From Flavobacteriales bacterium (lineage in GTDB: Bacteria; Bacteroidota; Bacteroidia; M30B66), in assembly GCA_046294625.1 (NCBI GenBank), contig JBKBKN010000004.1, positions 69,982 through 133,981 on the forward strand: DNA of 64,000 bases, read 5' to 3'. Shown in pieces: positions 19,620-29,741 of this stretch (positions are counted from its first letter, which is position 1; every line of letters begins with the position of its first letter). The notes below the pieces were generated by a model. It saw only the letters and a program-made list of their open reading frames with translations. It had not been told where the DNA came from and searched no databases. A program made the position numbers and the translations under genes.

Positions 19620-21280
19620 AAAACCTCCCATACAAATTCCTTTTTTTGCTCATTATCATTGTTTACATGGTTGGAGCCTTTGTGGATGTAATGGATGTTG
19701 ACTCAGGTCAATATGCTTCCATGGCACGCGAAATGATTGCTTCGGGCAATTGGTTGCACTTCACAGACCGCGGCATTCCTTATTTAGATAAGCCTCCTTT
19801 TATTTTCTGGATCAGCGGACTTTCTTATGTGCTATTAGGTATCAGCAATTTTAGCTTTAAGCTACCCGCAATTCTTTGTTCCATTGCCGGCATTTATGCA
19901 ACATATCGATTTGCAAATATTTATTTCAACAGACATACCGGTCTGCTTGCAGCGATCATCCTAGCTTCATCTCAAGCTTATTTTCACTTCAACAACGATG
20001 TGCGAACAGACGTGTATCTAACCAATTTTATCATCTTAGGAATGTGGCAAATGGCTGAATTCCTACACAATCATAAAAGATTTGCATGGATTTTTGCCTT
20101 CATTTTTTTCGGTTTGAGCTTGTTGGCCAAAGGCCCTTTAGGACTCATGTTGCCTGCTCTGGCTTATGGTGTCACATGGCTTATAACTGCAAATTGGAAA
20201 AACATTTTTCGCTGGCAGTGGCTAGCTGGTATTGTAATCGTGCTTCTTGTGATTTCACCTATGCTTTGGGGGCTTTATACACAATTCGATTTGCAACCTG
20301 AGCTGGAAGTGAATGGCAAAACCAATACTTCAGGCCTGCGATTCTTTTTTTGGGAACAAAGCTTTGGTCGTCTAACTGGAGAGAATGTGTGGAAAAACGA
20401 TACCAGTCCTTTCTTTTTTGTCCATAACCTACTTTGGTCTTTTTTACCTTGGACTGTATTTTTGGTCATCGCATTGGTTTCAGCCTTCACAGAAATATTG
20501 CGCAAACGAAAATCAGCAAGCAGGGAATATGAAGGTTTAATGATCTGTATGACAGGTAGTTTACTCACATTCATTGCCTTATCAGCCTCAGCTTACAAAC
20601 TTCCGCACTATATCTACGTAATATTTCCATTGCTGGCAGTGATTACTGCAGATTGGATCAGCAAATGGATGGTTGCGAAGCAAAATATTCAATTCTTTAA
20701 GGGCTTTAATTGGTTTTTTCTCGGGCTTGCCTTGCTGTTGGTGCTTCTTATTTCGCTTTGGGTCTTCCAAAACAATCGTTCTTGGACCCTAGTACTTTCT
20801 CTAGCCATATTCGCATTGGCTATCGTAAAATCCATCCATATAGGAAAAGATAGCGCAAACTTAATCTCCGGACTAACCTTAAGCATTATCGCATTTAACT
20901 TATGCATGAATTTACATTTCTACCCATCCCTATTAGCTTATCAAGCACCAGGGAGAATTGCAAGATTAATAAATGAAGAAGGTATCAATCCTAATCAAGT
21001 GTATAACTATAAAGTAGGCGGACGTTCGCTTGACTTATATACCAGAAGCATTGTGAAGGATTTTCAATATGCAGATTTTTCAGATGCATCAAAGCAATTC
21101 TATTTGCATTGCGATCAGGAGGGGCTTCAGGAACTCAAAAAAATTGGCTACCAAACCGATATATTATGCGCATTTGAAAACATAGCCGTTACCATGCTAA
21201 ACATCAAATTTATCAACCCATCCACTAGAAAAGATGCGGTGAATATTAGGTATCTTGTAAAGATTAGGCCAAATACTTAA
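19559..21280 (+). CDS. Glycosyltransferase family 39/83 (ArnT/PMT-like membrane glycosyltransferase)
   Basis: [38 protein letters not shown] is a typical ArnT/PMT_2 N-terminal loop. Polytopic. The true start may be GTG 19616, which forms a GTGA overlap with the GT2 stop. Confidence 0.82.
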   Translation: MERRLQSNILYPEIQPVFEVKNLPYKFLFLLIIIVYMVGAFVDVMDVDSGQYASMAREMIASGNWLHFTDRGIPYLDKPPFIFWISGLSYVLLGISNFSFKLPAILCSIAGIYATYRFANIYFNRHTGLLAAIILASSQAYFHFNNDVRTDVYLTNFIILGMWQMAEFLHNHKRFAWIFAFIFFGLSLLAKGPLGLMLPALAYGVTWLITANWKNIFRWQWLAGIVIVLLVISPMLWGLYTQFDLQPELEVNGKTNTSGLRFFFWEQSFGRLTGENVWKNDTSPFFFVHNLLWSFLPWTVFLVIALVSAFTEILRKRKSASREYEGLMICMTGSLLTFIALSASAYKLPHYIYVIFPLLAVITADWISKWMVAKQNIQFFKGFNWFFLGLALLLVLLISLWVFQNNRSWTLVLSLAIFALAIVKSIHIGKDSANLISGLTLSIIAFNLCMNLHFYPSLLAYQAPGRIARLINEEGINPNQVYNYKVGGRSLDLYTRSIVKDFQYADFSDASKQFYLHCDQEGLQELKKIGYQTDILCAFENIAVTMLNIKFINPSTRKDAVNIRYLVKIRPNT

Positions 21281-21771
21281 CGCGACAGCGTTGTATTGCA
21301 AATATCAAAGTTGTCCGGTGTGTCAGGGCCAAATCCAACTTTGGTTTGAAAATTCATTTGTACCTGATTGCCAAGTATCGAACCACTTCCCTGAAATCTT
21401 CTGAAACCAGGGAGTTGCTGCGAAGGTATAACAAACGTTGAGCCTACAACAGTGGCTCTAACAGGAGGAGCATTAAGGTTATGAATGTTAATTATAAAAA
21501 TATCCGTTAGGTCGGCGTTTGATTTTACAATTTGGCACACATAGTTTTTCTGCACAAAAAGGCAATTATCATAAGCCAGATAAACGCCCACAAATTTTTC
21601 ACGCGGGTTGATGCAGGTACCATTCTCCAATTCAGCCGAAGGATCATAATTGTCCGCTAGGGGATCAGTACAACCTTCTTTTCTCTCACAAGATGAGAAG
21701 GAAAGTGAAACAAGTATGTATATAAAACACAGAATTGTTATTCTGTAAAATTTCTTCATGAGCTTAATCAT
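21277..21771 (-). CDS. Hypothetical lipoprotein with a GCTDPxAxNYDP...GxC motif
   Basis: Lipobox LSFSSC followed by EGCTDPLADNYDPSAELENGTC. Paralogous to the next gene. Confidence 0.6.
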   Translation of the reverse strand: MIKLMKKFYRITILCFIYILVSLSFSSCERKEGCTDPLADNYDPSAELENGTCINPREKFVGVYLAYDNCLFVQKNYVCQIVKSNADLTDIFIINIHNLNAPPVRATVVGSTFVIPSQQLPGFRRFQGSGSILGNQVQMNFQTKVGFGPDTPDNFDICNTTLSR

Positions 21772-21933
21772 GTTACTCTTGAGTTTGAAAAACCACGTCT
21801 AATCCGCTATTTGATTGTGATTAGCATTTTTAATTCGACAAAACTCTTTGTGATATTATGTAACAACAAATTTAATTCTTTTTGTCATTTACGCAGCCAA
21901 AGCTAAAAGGTTTTTCGCAATGTTAATAATAAT

Positions 21934-22365
21934 TCATTTCGTCCCGGTAAATCCGCACGTCGTCTGCTGCCCTGCCTCGGTCAATACATAGCTCACTGTG
22001 AGTTGGTTACCATCTACCCGCCCACTTCCAATAATATTAACGCTAATTAGTGCTGATGAAACAGTTTGTGAAGGAATAGTTAAGTCATTGCCATTTGCAA
22101 TAGCATAAGGAGAAATGGCAAAGCGAGTCGTGGCTTGAAAAATGATTCGGTCTTCACTTGTTTCTACGTGGTTAATCACCAGCTCTTCATTTACAATTGA
22201 ACCATCATTGCAGGTATCTGTTCCGGTAAATTTCCCGATAAACAAATCTGTTTTGTATTTGCAGGAACCATCATCTGTTCTTGCACTTTTCTCGAAGTTA
22301 AGCGCAAAAGAATCGGTGCAGCCCTGTTTATTACAGCTTATTAAAACAATCCCTGTAAAGATCAA
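21934..22365 (-). CDS. Hypothetical lipoprotein, paralog of 21277-21771
   Basis: Short signal ending in LISC, then QGCTDSFALNFEKSARTDDGSC. TTG start; no ATG, GTG or TTG is available upstream before the in-frame stop. Confidence 0.5.
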   Translation of the reverse strand: MIFTGIVLISCNKQGCTDSFALNFEKSARTDDGSCKYKTDLFIGKFTGTDTCNDGSIVNEELVINHVETSEDRIIFQATTRFAISPYAIANGNDLTIPSQTVSSALISVNIIGSGRVDGNQLTVSYVLTEAGQQTTCGFTGTK

Positions 22366-22426
22366 AAAGCTGATGAGAACTAATGATAAGCATGATGTAA
22401 AGCCATAAGACGTTCAAGTTTGGTGA

Positions 22427-23593
22427 TTACTTTTTTCTTCTTCGTTGTCGCTCCAATTTAATTAAATTCAATTCTCTGCTACTTTGGCCTGCTACTGAAG
22501 TGTTCTCATCAGCTCTGCGAATCAGATAGGGTAATACATCCTGAACAGGTCCATAGGGAACATATTTGGCCACATTATAGCCTTCATGAGCAAGATTAAA
22601 GCTGATATGATCGCTCATCCCAAGCAACTGTGAAAAATAAATATTCGGGTGATTTTTCGCAACATTCTTCCTGCTCATCAACTCGGTAAGATAAGCCGAA
22701 GAGTATTCGTTGTGCGTTCCGGCGCATACACCTACCCTATCAATATGCTCCATAATGAGTTCCAGTGCTTTATTATAATCACGGTCGCTCGATTCCTTAT
22801 CGGGCTGTATGGGACTTGGATAACCTAAGTCTGCTGCACGTTTACGCTCTTTCTCCATGTAGGCACCTCTAACAAGCTTCACCCCTATTTGAAAACCTTC
22901 TTTTTGCGCTTGTACAATCAACGATTCCAATACCTTAAGCCGATCATGTCTATACATTTGAAAGGTATTGTAAAACAATGGATATTGATGATTATAAGTT
23001 TTCATCATTTCCAGAGAGAGTTCGTCTAAAATCGGCTGAATCCATGATTCTTCAGCATCCATCATCACACGAAGTTTCAATAGTTTTGAGCGCTCGCAGA
23101 TTTGAATCACTCTGTTTTTCACTCGATCATATTCCTTTTGCTCCTCAGGGCTCAGCTTCTGTCCTGTACTAAGTTTTTCCAAGAGAGAAAACCTTGCTAT
23201 ACCGGTTATTTTGAACACATTAAAGGGAACTAACTGATCTTTTGATGCACGAACTTGAGTAGCTAAAATCTCTTGAAGATTTCGGTCAAAGTCCTGCTCT
23301 GTCTCTTTCCCTTCAACAGAATAATCAAGTATAGTCTTTACCCCGTATTTATATAGATGCTGGATGGTGTTTTCACAATCATCAATGCTTTCGCCACCAC
23401 AAAAGTGATCGAAGATGGTATGTCGTACAATCATTCGAAATGGAAAACCAATTTTCATCGCAACGCCGGCGAATGGTTTGGAGAAACGAACCAAGTTATT
23501 ATTGCCCAACAAACGAAATAGGTAATACGCCTTATTCAACGCTTCGTCTGTCTTGCTCTCAAAGGCTATTGCTGTGTTTTCAAATGAAATCAT
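22427..23593 (-). CDS. Proline dehydrogenase
   Basis: 388 aa. C-terminal FSQLLGMSDHISF...YVPYGPVQDVLPYLIRRADENTSV is characteristic of monofunctional proline dehydrogenases. Confidence 0.88.
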   Translation of the reverse strand: MISFENTAIAFESKTDEALNKAYYLFRLLGNNNLVRFSKPFAGVAMKIGFPFRMIVRHTIFDHFCGGESIDDCENTIQHLYKYGVKTILDYSVEGKETEQDFDRNLQEILATQVRASKDQLVPFNVFKITGIARFSLLEKLSTGQKLSPEEQKEYDRVKNRVIQICERSKLLKLRVMMDAEESWIQPILDELSLEMMKTYNHQYPLFYNTFQMYRHDRLKVLESLIVQAQKEGFQIGVKLVRGAYMEKERKRAADLGYPSPIQPDKESSDRDYNKALELIMEHIDRVGVCAGTHNEYSSAYLTELMSRKNVAKNHPNIYFSQLLGMSDHISFNLAHEGYNVAKYVPYGPVQDVLPYLIRRADENTSVAGQSSRELNLIKLERQRRRKK

Positions 23594-23765
23594 CCCCCTA
23601 AAAATTGTTGCAAACCTAATTAAAATTGTGCCCGAAAAAATTGATTTTTATCCGCATGCAATACATGTATATAAAAAAGACCAATATAATTGGGCATATA
23701 TCAAACAAGCCTGAAATTGAATAGTTGAAAAATCTAAATAAAACATATTACCGGTGAAAACAAGC

Positions 23766-23773
23766 TATTTTTG
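23766..23773 (+). promoter_or_regulatory. Candidate -7 promoter box (TATTTTTG) for aroB-aroA
   Basis: Match to TAnnTTTG 17 nt upstream of the aroB ATG. Confidence 0.4.
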
Positions 23774-23790
23774 CAGCAAAGAATCGAAGT

Positions 23791-24873
23791 ATGGAGGCAA
23801 TGTTGGAACCGCAAATCACTAAAGATCTGTTTATCGGCACCACGAAAGACATCAACCATTATATACAAAGTCAAATTCCTGCTGATGCGAGTAGTATATT
23901 TCTCCTGTGCGATGCAAATACACGAAAATATTGCTTTCCCAAAATGGAAAAACTCTTTGCATCCTATGAGCCTTTCGACCTGATTGAAATAGAGCCGGGA
24001 GAGTTATCTAAAAATCTACAGGTTGCAGAAGAAATCTGGAAAACTTTGAAAAACTGTAACGCCGATCGCAAATCCGTACTAATCAATCTTGGTGGAGGTG
24101 TAGTAACCGATTTGGGTGGCTTTATTGCCAGCACCTACATGCGTGGGATTCGCTTTATGCATTTGCCTACATCCTTACTTGCCATGGTCGACGCAGCCTC
24201 GGGGGGGAAAAATGGAATCGATTTCGATGGCGCAAAAAATATGATTGGTACTGTAAGCGATCCATTGTGTGTCGGGATAAACATAGATTTTATTAAAACG
24301 CTTCCAAAGAGAGAAATTCTTTGTGGTTGGGCTGAAATGCTCAAACATGCTTTAATCGCAGATGAAAAACATTTTAAAGAACTTAGCGAAACGGAAGAAT
24401 TAAAAAACATCAACTGGGAAGATTTGGTAATGAGAAATCAACAGATTAAACGACAAATTGTAATGAAAGACCAGTTTGAAAATGGTGATCGTAAGAAACT
24501 AAATTTCGGTCATACCGTAGGTCATGCAATAGAAGCCTGCTTTCTTCAAAAAAAGGAGAAAATGCAACTGACGCATGGCGAAGCAATCGCTGCCGGGATG
24601 ATCATTGCAGCCGATCTTTCCAGACAATATCTTCAACTGAACGATAAGGCGTACAATAAAATAGAACGTATCATCGATTGGTCCTATCAGCGTATTGCTA
24701 TCAACAAAACAGACATTAAAAAAATTATGTCTTTTCTGCGTTTCGATAAAAAAGCCCAGAAAGGAAAAAACAAAATGGTATTACTCGATAAGATTGGCCA
24801 TGCAAAGATTGATATTGAAGTAAGCAACAACGAAATAGAACAAGCTATCATCCGCTATGCAAAATTTGCCTGA
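23791..24873 (+). CDS. aroB: 3-dehydroquinate synthase
   Basis: NLGGGVVTDLGGFIASTYMRGIRFMHLPTSLLAMVDAASGGKNGI and the HGEAIAAG motif. Confidence 0.93.
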   Translation: MEAMLEPQITKDLFIGTTKDINHYIQSQIPADASSIFLLCDANTRKYCFPKMEKLFASYEPFDLIEIEPGELSKNLQVAEEIWKTLKNCNADRKSVLINLGGGVVTDLGGFIASTYMRGIRFMHLPTSLLAMVDAASGGKNGIDFDGAKNMIGTVSDPLCVGINIDFIKTLPKREILCGWAEMLKHALIADEKHFKELSETEELKNINWEDLVMRNQQIKRQIVMKDQFENGDRKKLNFGHTVGHAIEACFLQKKEKMQLTHGEAIAAGMIIAADLSRQYLQLNDKAYNKIERIIDWSYQRIAINKTDIKKIMSFLRFDKKAQKGKNKMVLLDKIGHAKIDIEVSNNEIEQAIIRYAKFA

Positions 24874-26110
24874 CCTCATTTCACTTCGATATCTTGGTCC
24901 CCAATCCAATATCGCCGAAATTAAACTTCCTTTATCCAAAAGTATAGCCAATAGATTGCTCATCATAAGCAGGGTTTCCAAAGGAGCTATTCATGTCGCT
25001 GAATGGTCCGATGCCGACGATACCATTGTATTACAAAATGCTTTGAGTTGCAATTCAGGCGAAGTTAACATAGGTCACGCAGGCACGGCTATGCGATTTC
25101 TTACAGCCTATTATGCTTCTACACCCGGCACTAAGGTGCTGCTTACGGGTTCGGAAAGGATGAAACAACGGCCCGTAAAAATGCTGGTTGATGCCTTATT
25201 TCAGCTTGACGCAAATATCAGATATGCTGAAAATGAAGGCTATCCGCCATTAATCATTGAAGGAAAAGAAATTAAGGGGGGCGAAATTGAAATTCAATCC
25301 GATGTTAGCAGTCAATTCATCAGTGCACTTATGCTCCTGGCACCTTCCTTTAGCTATGGACTTCATATTGTTACTAAAGGTAAGCGAGTATCTCAACCCT
25401 ATATTGATTTGACGGTTGAGCTAATGAAGCAATGCGGAGCAAAAATCGAGCTTGACGACCACGCAATTAAAATTTCCCCCGGCAGCTATCAATCTGATAG
25501 AACTTTAAAAATAGAGGCTGATTGGTCAGCAGCAGCTTTTTGGTTTGGCATAAGCGTGCTATCCATGCAAAAATTTCACTTGCAGGGCTTGCAAAAAAAT
25601 TCTTTTCAAGGAGACTCCTGGTTGATAAAGTGGTTTAGTGAACAGGGGTTAAGATATTATTACGATGAACATGGTCTTATCATTGACCCAAGTGCCTTTC
25701 AAGTCAAAGCAGAAACCATTCATTTGGACTTAGTCAACTACCCCGATCTTGCTCAAATGTTTTGTGTGCTCTTTGCTGCGCTCAAGTTAAAATTCCGAAT
25801 CTCGGGACTTCAAACCCTCCCATTAAAAGAGACAAATCGCATTGAAGCTATTATGAATGAGCTAAGTCCTTTTAAGGTTAGGTTTACATCCTACCAATCA
25901 GATGCTATTGAAGCAGATGCTACTCTTGCTGATTTTAGTCTGTCACACACCGTAATCACCTACAAAGATCATCGGATGGCAATGGCCTTTAGCCTTCTTG
26001 CATTTACAGGATTTAATATCACAATAAAGGATCCCGGAGTTGTAACCAAATCGTACCCCGGATACTGGATTGACTTGTCAAATGCGGGTGTCCAAATAAA
26101 TAAGCAGTAG
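24857..26110 (+). CDS. aroA: 3-phosphoshikimate 1-carboxyvinyltransferase (EPSP synthase)
   Basis: LPLSKSIANRLLII, GHAGTAMRFLTAY and DHRMAMAFSLLA motifs. 17-nt overlap with aroB. Confidence 0.93.
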   Translation: MQNLPDLISLRYLGPQSNIAEIKLPLSKSIANRLLIISRVSKGAIHVAEWSDADDTIVLQNALSCNSGEVNIGHAGTAMRFLTAYYASTPGTKVLLTGSERMKQRPVKMLVDALFQLDANIRYAENEGYPPLIIEGKEIKGGEIEIQSDVSSQFISALMLLAPSFSYGLHIVTKGKRVSQPYIDLTVELMKQCGAKIELDDHAIKISPGSYQSDRTLKIEADWSAAAFWFGISVLSMQKFHLQGLQKNSFQGDSWLIKWFSEQGLRYYYDEHGLIIDPSAFQVKAETIHLDLVNYPDLAQMFCVLFAALKLKFRISGLQTLPLKETNRIEAIMNELSPFKVRFTSYQSDAIEADATLADFSLSHTVITYKDHRMAMAFSLLAFTGFNITIKDPGVVTKSYPGYWIDLSNAGVQINKQ

Positions 26111-26135
26111 CAAAAAATAATTAAGAGTGCTAATG

Positions 26136-26480
26136 TTATTTCTCCAGATCATCAAAATCGATGTCAGAATATTCTCCCTTGCTCACTTTTTCGGTGTGCT
26201 CATCACTCAGTGGCTGACGCTCACTAATGAAATTAATGGCGTCTTCTAATCCTTCTCGAAACTTGTCGAAATCTTCTTTATAGAGAAATATCTTGTGCTT
26301 TTCGAAAAAGAAAGTTCCGTCATCTCTTAGCTTTTTCTTGCTCTCTGTCACGGTGATGTATAAATCATCGGATCGTGTAGCCTTCACATCGAAGAAATAA
26401 GTCCGTTTGCCGGCTCTAATTGGTTTTGAATATATCTCTTCCCGCTCGTTTTGGTTGTGATTATCCATGAAAATATGCAT
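26136..26480 (-). CDS. PUR-alpha-like DNA/RNA-binding protein (DUF3276 family)
   Basis: IYSKPIRAGKRTYFFDVKATRSDDLYITVTESKK...FFFEKHKIFLYKEDFDKF is a typical bacterial PUR repeat. Confidence 0.8.
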   Translation of the reverse strand: MHIFMDNHNQNEREEIYSKPIRAGKRTYFFDVKATRSDDLYITVTESKKKLRDDGTFFFEKHKIFLYKEDFDKFREGLEDAINFISERQPLSDEHTEKVSKGEYSDIDFDDLEK

Positions 26481-26654
26481 TGTTAGCTGATTTGTAGCGC
26501 TTCAAAGATAGTTTTTTTTTGAAAATATACGCCTATTGCCTTTTGTTATTCGATTCTTGTAATGAAAATGTGAATGATTTGGTTGATTGTTTTCAGATTA
26601 GTATCCATTTGTTCTTAATTTAGAGCTATATATTGTGAGTGAAATTAAAGGCAG

Positions 26655-27554
26655 ATGGAATGGCAAAGCGCGATTAAAGGTTTTATTGCCTATTTAAACC
26701 TAGAAAAGTCATTATCAGGCAACTCGATCGAAGCATATATCAGGGACGTAAATCGTTTGAAGGAACACGTCGAAAGTGTGGCTCCGCAAGCAAAGCCGCA
26801 TCAAGTAACTGCTGAGCATATTCGCTCTCTTATCAAATGGCTAAATGAAATTGGGCTTCATCCGCGAAGTCAGGCGAGATTAATTTCCGGAATAAAGGCA
26901 TTTTTCAAGTATTTATTGTTGGAAGACCTCATACAAGAAGATCCTGCTGCCTTAATTGAGCTACCAAAGCTTGGCAGGAAACTGCCTGAATCCCTAAGCG
27001 TCGAAGAAATAGATTTGATTATTCAATCCATCGATCTGAGCAAGCCTGAAGGAGAACGCAACCGGGCAATTATTGAAACATTATATAGTTGTGGACTCCG
27101 TGTTTCTGAGCTTACCAGTTTGCGGATTTCTGATTTACACTTCGACGCCGGATTCATTAAGGTGATTGGCAAGGGCGATAAGGAAAGGCTTGTGCCCGCA
27201 GGTTCTATCGTAAAAGAGCGAATCGAAACCTACCTTAATCATATTAGAGTTCACATCAAACCATTGAAAGGAAGCGAAAACATTGTTTTTCTCAATAACC
27301 GTGGCAATAAGCTTACTCGCGTGATGATTTTTCTAATCATTCAAAAACAAGCCATGTTGGCAGGAATCAGAAAAAAAATAAGCCCTCACACCTTTCGGCA
27401 TTCGTTTGCTACACATCTTGTAGAAGGTGGAGCAGATCTCAGGGCAGTGCAAGAAATGCTTGGGCATGAATCCATCACCACTACCGAGATTTATACACAT
27501 CTTGACCGGGATTATCTTCGACAAGTCATCACATCTTTTCATCCAAGAGCGTGA
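26655..27554 (+). CDS. xerD: Site-specific tyrosine recombinase XerD
   Basis: 299 aa. N-terminal SAM-like domain. Catalytic motifs ...GLRVSELTSLR..., HTFRHSFATHL and LGHESITTTEIYTH. Confidence 0.9.
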   Translation: MEWQSAIKGFIAYLNLEKSLSGNSIEAYIRDVNRLKEHVESVAPQAKPHQVTAEHIRSLIKWLNEIGLHPRSQARLISGIKAFFKYLLLEDLIQEDPAALIELPKLGRKLPESLSVEEIDLIIQSIDLSKPEGERNRAIIETLYSCGLRVSELTSLRISDLHFDAGFIKVIGKGDKERLVPAGSIVKERIETYLNHIRVHIKPLKGSENIVFLNNRGNKLTRVMIFLIIQKQAMLAGIRKKISPHTFRHSFATHLVEGGADLRAVQEMLGHESITTTEIYTHLDRDYLRQVITSFHPRA

Positions 27555-27555
27555 A

Positions 27556-29667
27556 TTATAATTGAGCAGCAAAATAGCCTGACTCCTTGATATTGAAAAC
27601 CCGATCACTGACAACCCCCAAATCTTCGAGCGACTTTCTCATTTTCCTGATATAAGCATGAGTATTATTGGCGGTAAAAATCCATTCGTTGCATTGAATA
27701 CAGCTTAATAGAGCTTCTGTATTTACCTTGGGATTACCTGATAAAATACAATAGTCCAACATGATTTTTTCACCACATTCAATATTCGACCATGTATCTT
27801 CTATCACAGCAATCGACTTATTTATTGCACCAAACAGCCTTATGCCATTATTGGATGCTACATGGAAATCGACTTGTTCCAATTTAGGATAAGAACTTAG
27901 CCCAATATTAATAACCGAAGAGCTGATTGCCTGTGTTTTTTCTGCCAAGAGTGATTGCCACAAAAATTTTTCTTGTCGTCCAATGCCTATTAAAATCTCA
28001 TTTTTATCATGCAGAACATACAACAATTCATTATTATTATTTTGCAATTTTTGGATAATGTTCAATGCTAAAAAAATACATGTCACACCTAAAGAAATGG
28101 AAAAAATACTTTTTTCACGGGTTGCCGCATACACAAATATGAGAATTAAAATAATGTAGAAAAAGAACGTCAACTGAAAATCAAAATAAATATTGTTTGA
28201 AACAGCTCCGGGTAGCGAGCTGACCATATTAATCAAATAATTCAACGCCTTAATCAGCCAATTTAAAGTGAAAGTAGTAGCGGTGAGCAAAAATGAAACC
28301 GGAGAAACTACAAAAACGATTATACCATTAAGTACAATCAAAAAAGCTAAAGGAATAGCAAACAGGTTTGCCAAAATAAAATAATTAGGAAACTGATGGA
28401 AGTAAAGCATACCGATAGGGGCAGTTACCAATTGCGCCGCAACAGAAACGGTAATCAATTGCCAACTATAGTTTAAAACCTTATTTCGAGGCTCCCATAA
28501 TCTTGCAAAATAGGGCTGAAGACAAACAATACCCAACACCGCCAAATATGACAGCTGAAAACCAACTTTATATAATAGATTAGGATTAAACAATAATAAA
28601 AAAAATGCAGAAGCAGCCAATGAATTAATCACATGTGCTTTACGCGATACTAGGTTTCCAAGTCCAATAAATGAAAACATGACCGTGGCACGCAATACCG
28701 ATGGCGACAAGCCGGTAATAAATGCGTAAGTCCATAAAACAGAAATAACTAAAATAAAAAACAGCCATTTGCTAGGCTTCAAAAAGCCTAGTAAAAAAAC
28801 CAGAACACCATACAACATGCCGACATGCAATCCTGATACGGCAAGAATATGCACGGTACCGGCACCCGAGAAGGCACTCATTAGGTCTTTTGAAATTTCG
28901 CTACGCTTACCTAGTAATAGTGCATCTGCAATACCAAGCTCATTATCCCTGAGCCCACCCTTTATAAATTGTTTCTCAAGAAAATCTCGGCATTGAAAAG
29001 CATAATACCTAATATCCTTTCGAAAGGCTTTTTCAAGACTTATAATGTCATCTGCTGTGCAATAAGCTACATAATGAATCCCATCTGCTTTGAGATATTT
29101 CCCATAATCAAATTCACCGGGATTATTAGGCCTAGGAAGCGGACTAAGCTTTAATCGCAAATTCAATAGGTCACCATAATTAAAACTAATGCTCGAATCT
29201 AATCTTATAAAAACTCTAATGCTTAAGGGTGTAATCGCATCAAGATCGTGTTGATCCGATTGAATAACTTGTAAATTAAATGCCTTACCCGAACGAGTAT
29301 TAGAAACTTCGCTGCTTATCAACCCCGCGGCTAAAATTTCGCTCTCGGATGCATTCGCATTGACAAATTGAACCAAACATCTTGTATGTAAATCATAAAC
29401 GCCTATTCCAAAGAAAAAAATGGATAAAACAAAAAGTAGATTGAACAGTCTTATGAATTTTATACGTCTTTGAGCACTAAGTAGACGTGGGAAGTAAGGG
29501 ATCAGAAGAATAATACCGACTAAAAACAGTGCTAATAACCATGGAAAGTTCAAATATGACCCTGCGATTAATCCGGCTATAAATAACAAAACCATTTTAA
29601 ACATGGGCATAGCATCCCATACATAAAAATTATCATAGTTGAACCGATGAAGAAACACTTTAGCCAT
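27556..29667 (-). CDS. comEC: ComEC/Rec2 family competence membrane protein
   Basis: Polytopic. Motif GTVHILAVSGLHVGMLY. Start set at ATG 29667 (MAKVFL...) because the ORF-track start at 29712 lies inside the upstream terminator hairpin. Confidence 0.85.
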   Translation of the reverse strand: MAKVFLHRFNYDNFYVWDAMPMFKMVLLFIAGLIAGSYLNFPWLLALFLVGIILLIPYFPRLLSAQRRIKFIRLFNLLFVLSIFFFGIGVYDLHTRCLVQFVNANASESEILAAGLISSEVSNTRSGKAFNLQVIQSDQHDLDAITPLSIRVFIRLDSSISFNYGDLLNLRLKLSPLPRPNNPGEFDYGKYLKADGIHYVAYCTADDIISLEKAFRKDIRYYAFQCRDFLEKQFIKGGLRDNELGIADALLLGKRSEISKDLMSAFSGAGTVHILAVSGLHVGMLYGVLVFLLGFLKPSKWLFFILVISVLWTYAFITGLSPSVLRATVMFSFIGLGNLVSRKAHVINSLAASAFFLLLFNPNLLYKVGFQLSYLAVLGIVCLQPYFARLWEPRNKVLNYSWQLITVSVAAQLVTAPIGMLYFHQFPNYFILANLFAIPLAFLIVLNGIIVFVVSPVSFLLTATTFTLNWLIKALNYLINMVSSLPGAVSNNIYFDFQLTFFFYIILILIFVYAATREKSIFSISLGVTCIFLALNIIQKLQNNNNELLYVLHDKNEILIGIGRQEKFLWQSLLAEKTQAISSSVINIGLSSYPKLEQVDFHVASNNGIRLFGAINKSIAVIEDTWSNIECGEKIMLDYCILSGNPKVNTEALLSCIQCNEWIFTANNTHAYIRKMRKSLEDLGVVSDRVFNIKESGYFAAQL

Positions 29668-29700
29668 TGAACAAATCGAATCCCTAATGTATAAAAAACA

Positions 29701-29730
29701 AAAAAGGGGCACAAGGCCCCTTTTCTTTTC
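29701..29730 (-). terminator. Rho-independent terminator of the adhesin/PorP/OmpA unit
   Basis: On the minus strand: AAAAGGGGCC, loop TTGT, stem-closing GCCCCTTTT, followed by a T-run. Confidence 0.7.
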
Positions 29731-29741
29731 GAAATAATCAC

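Noticed and set aside
26655-27554. Tyrosine recombinase as a possible marker of an integrated mobile element.
   Set aside because: Its length, motifs and context fit housekeeping XerD. There are no flanking tRNA, direct repeats or cargo genes. It is 17 kb from the R-M insertion.
29668-29712. N-terminal extension of comEC (MPLFCFLYIRDSICS).
   Set aside because: Its start codon lies inside the terminator hairpin of the upstream operon. ATG 29667 gives a typical ComEC N-terminus.
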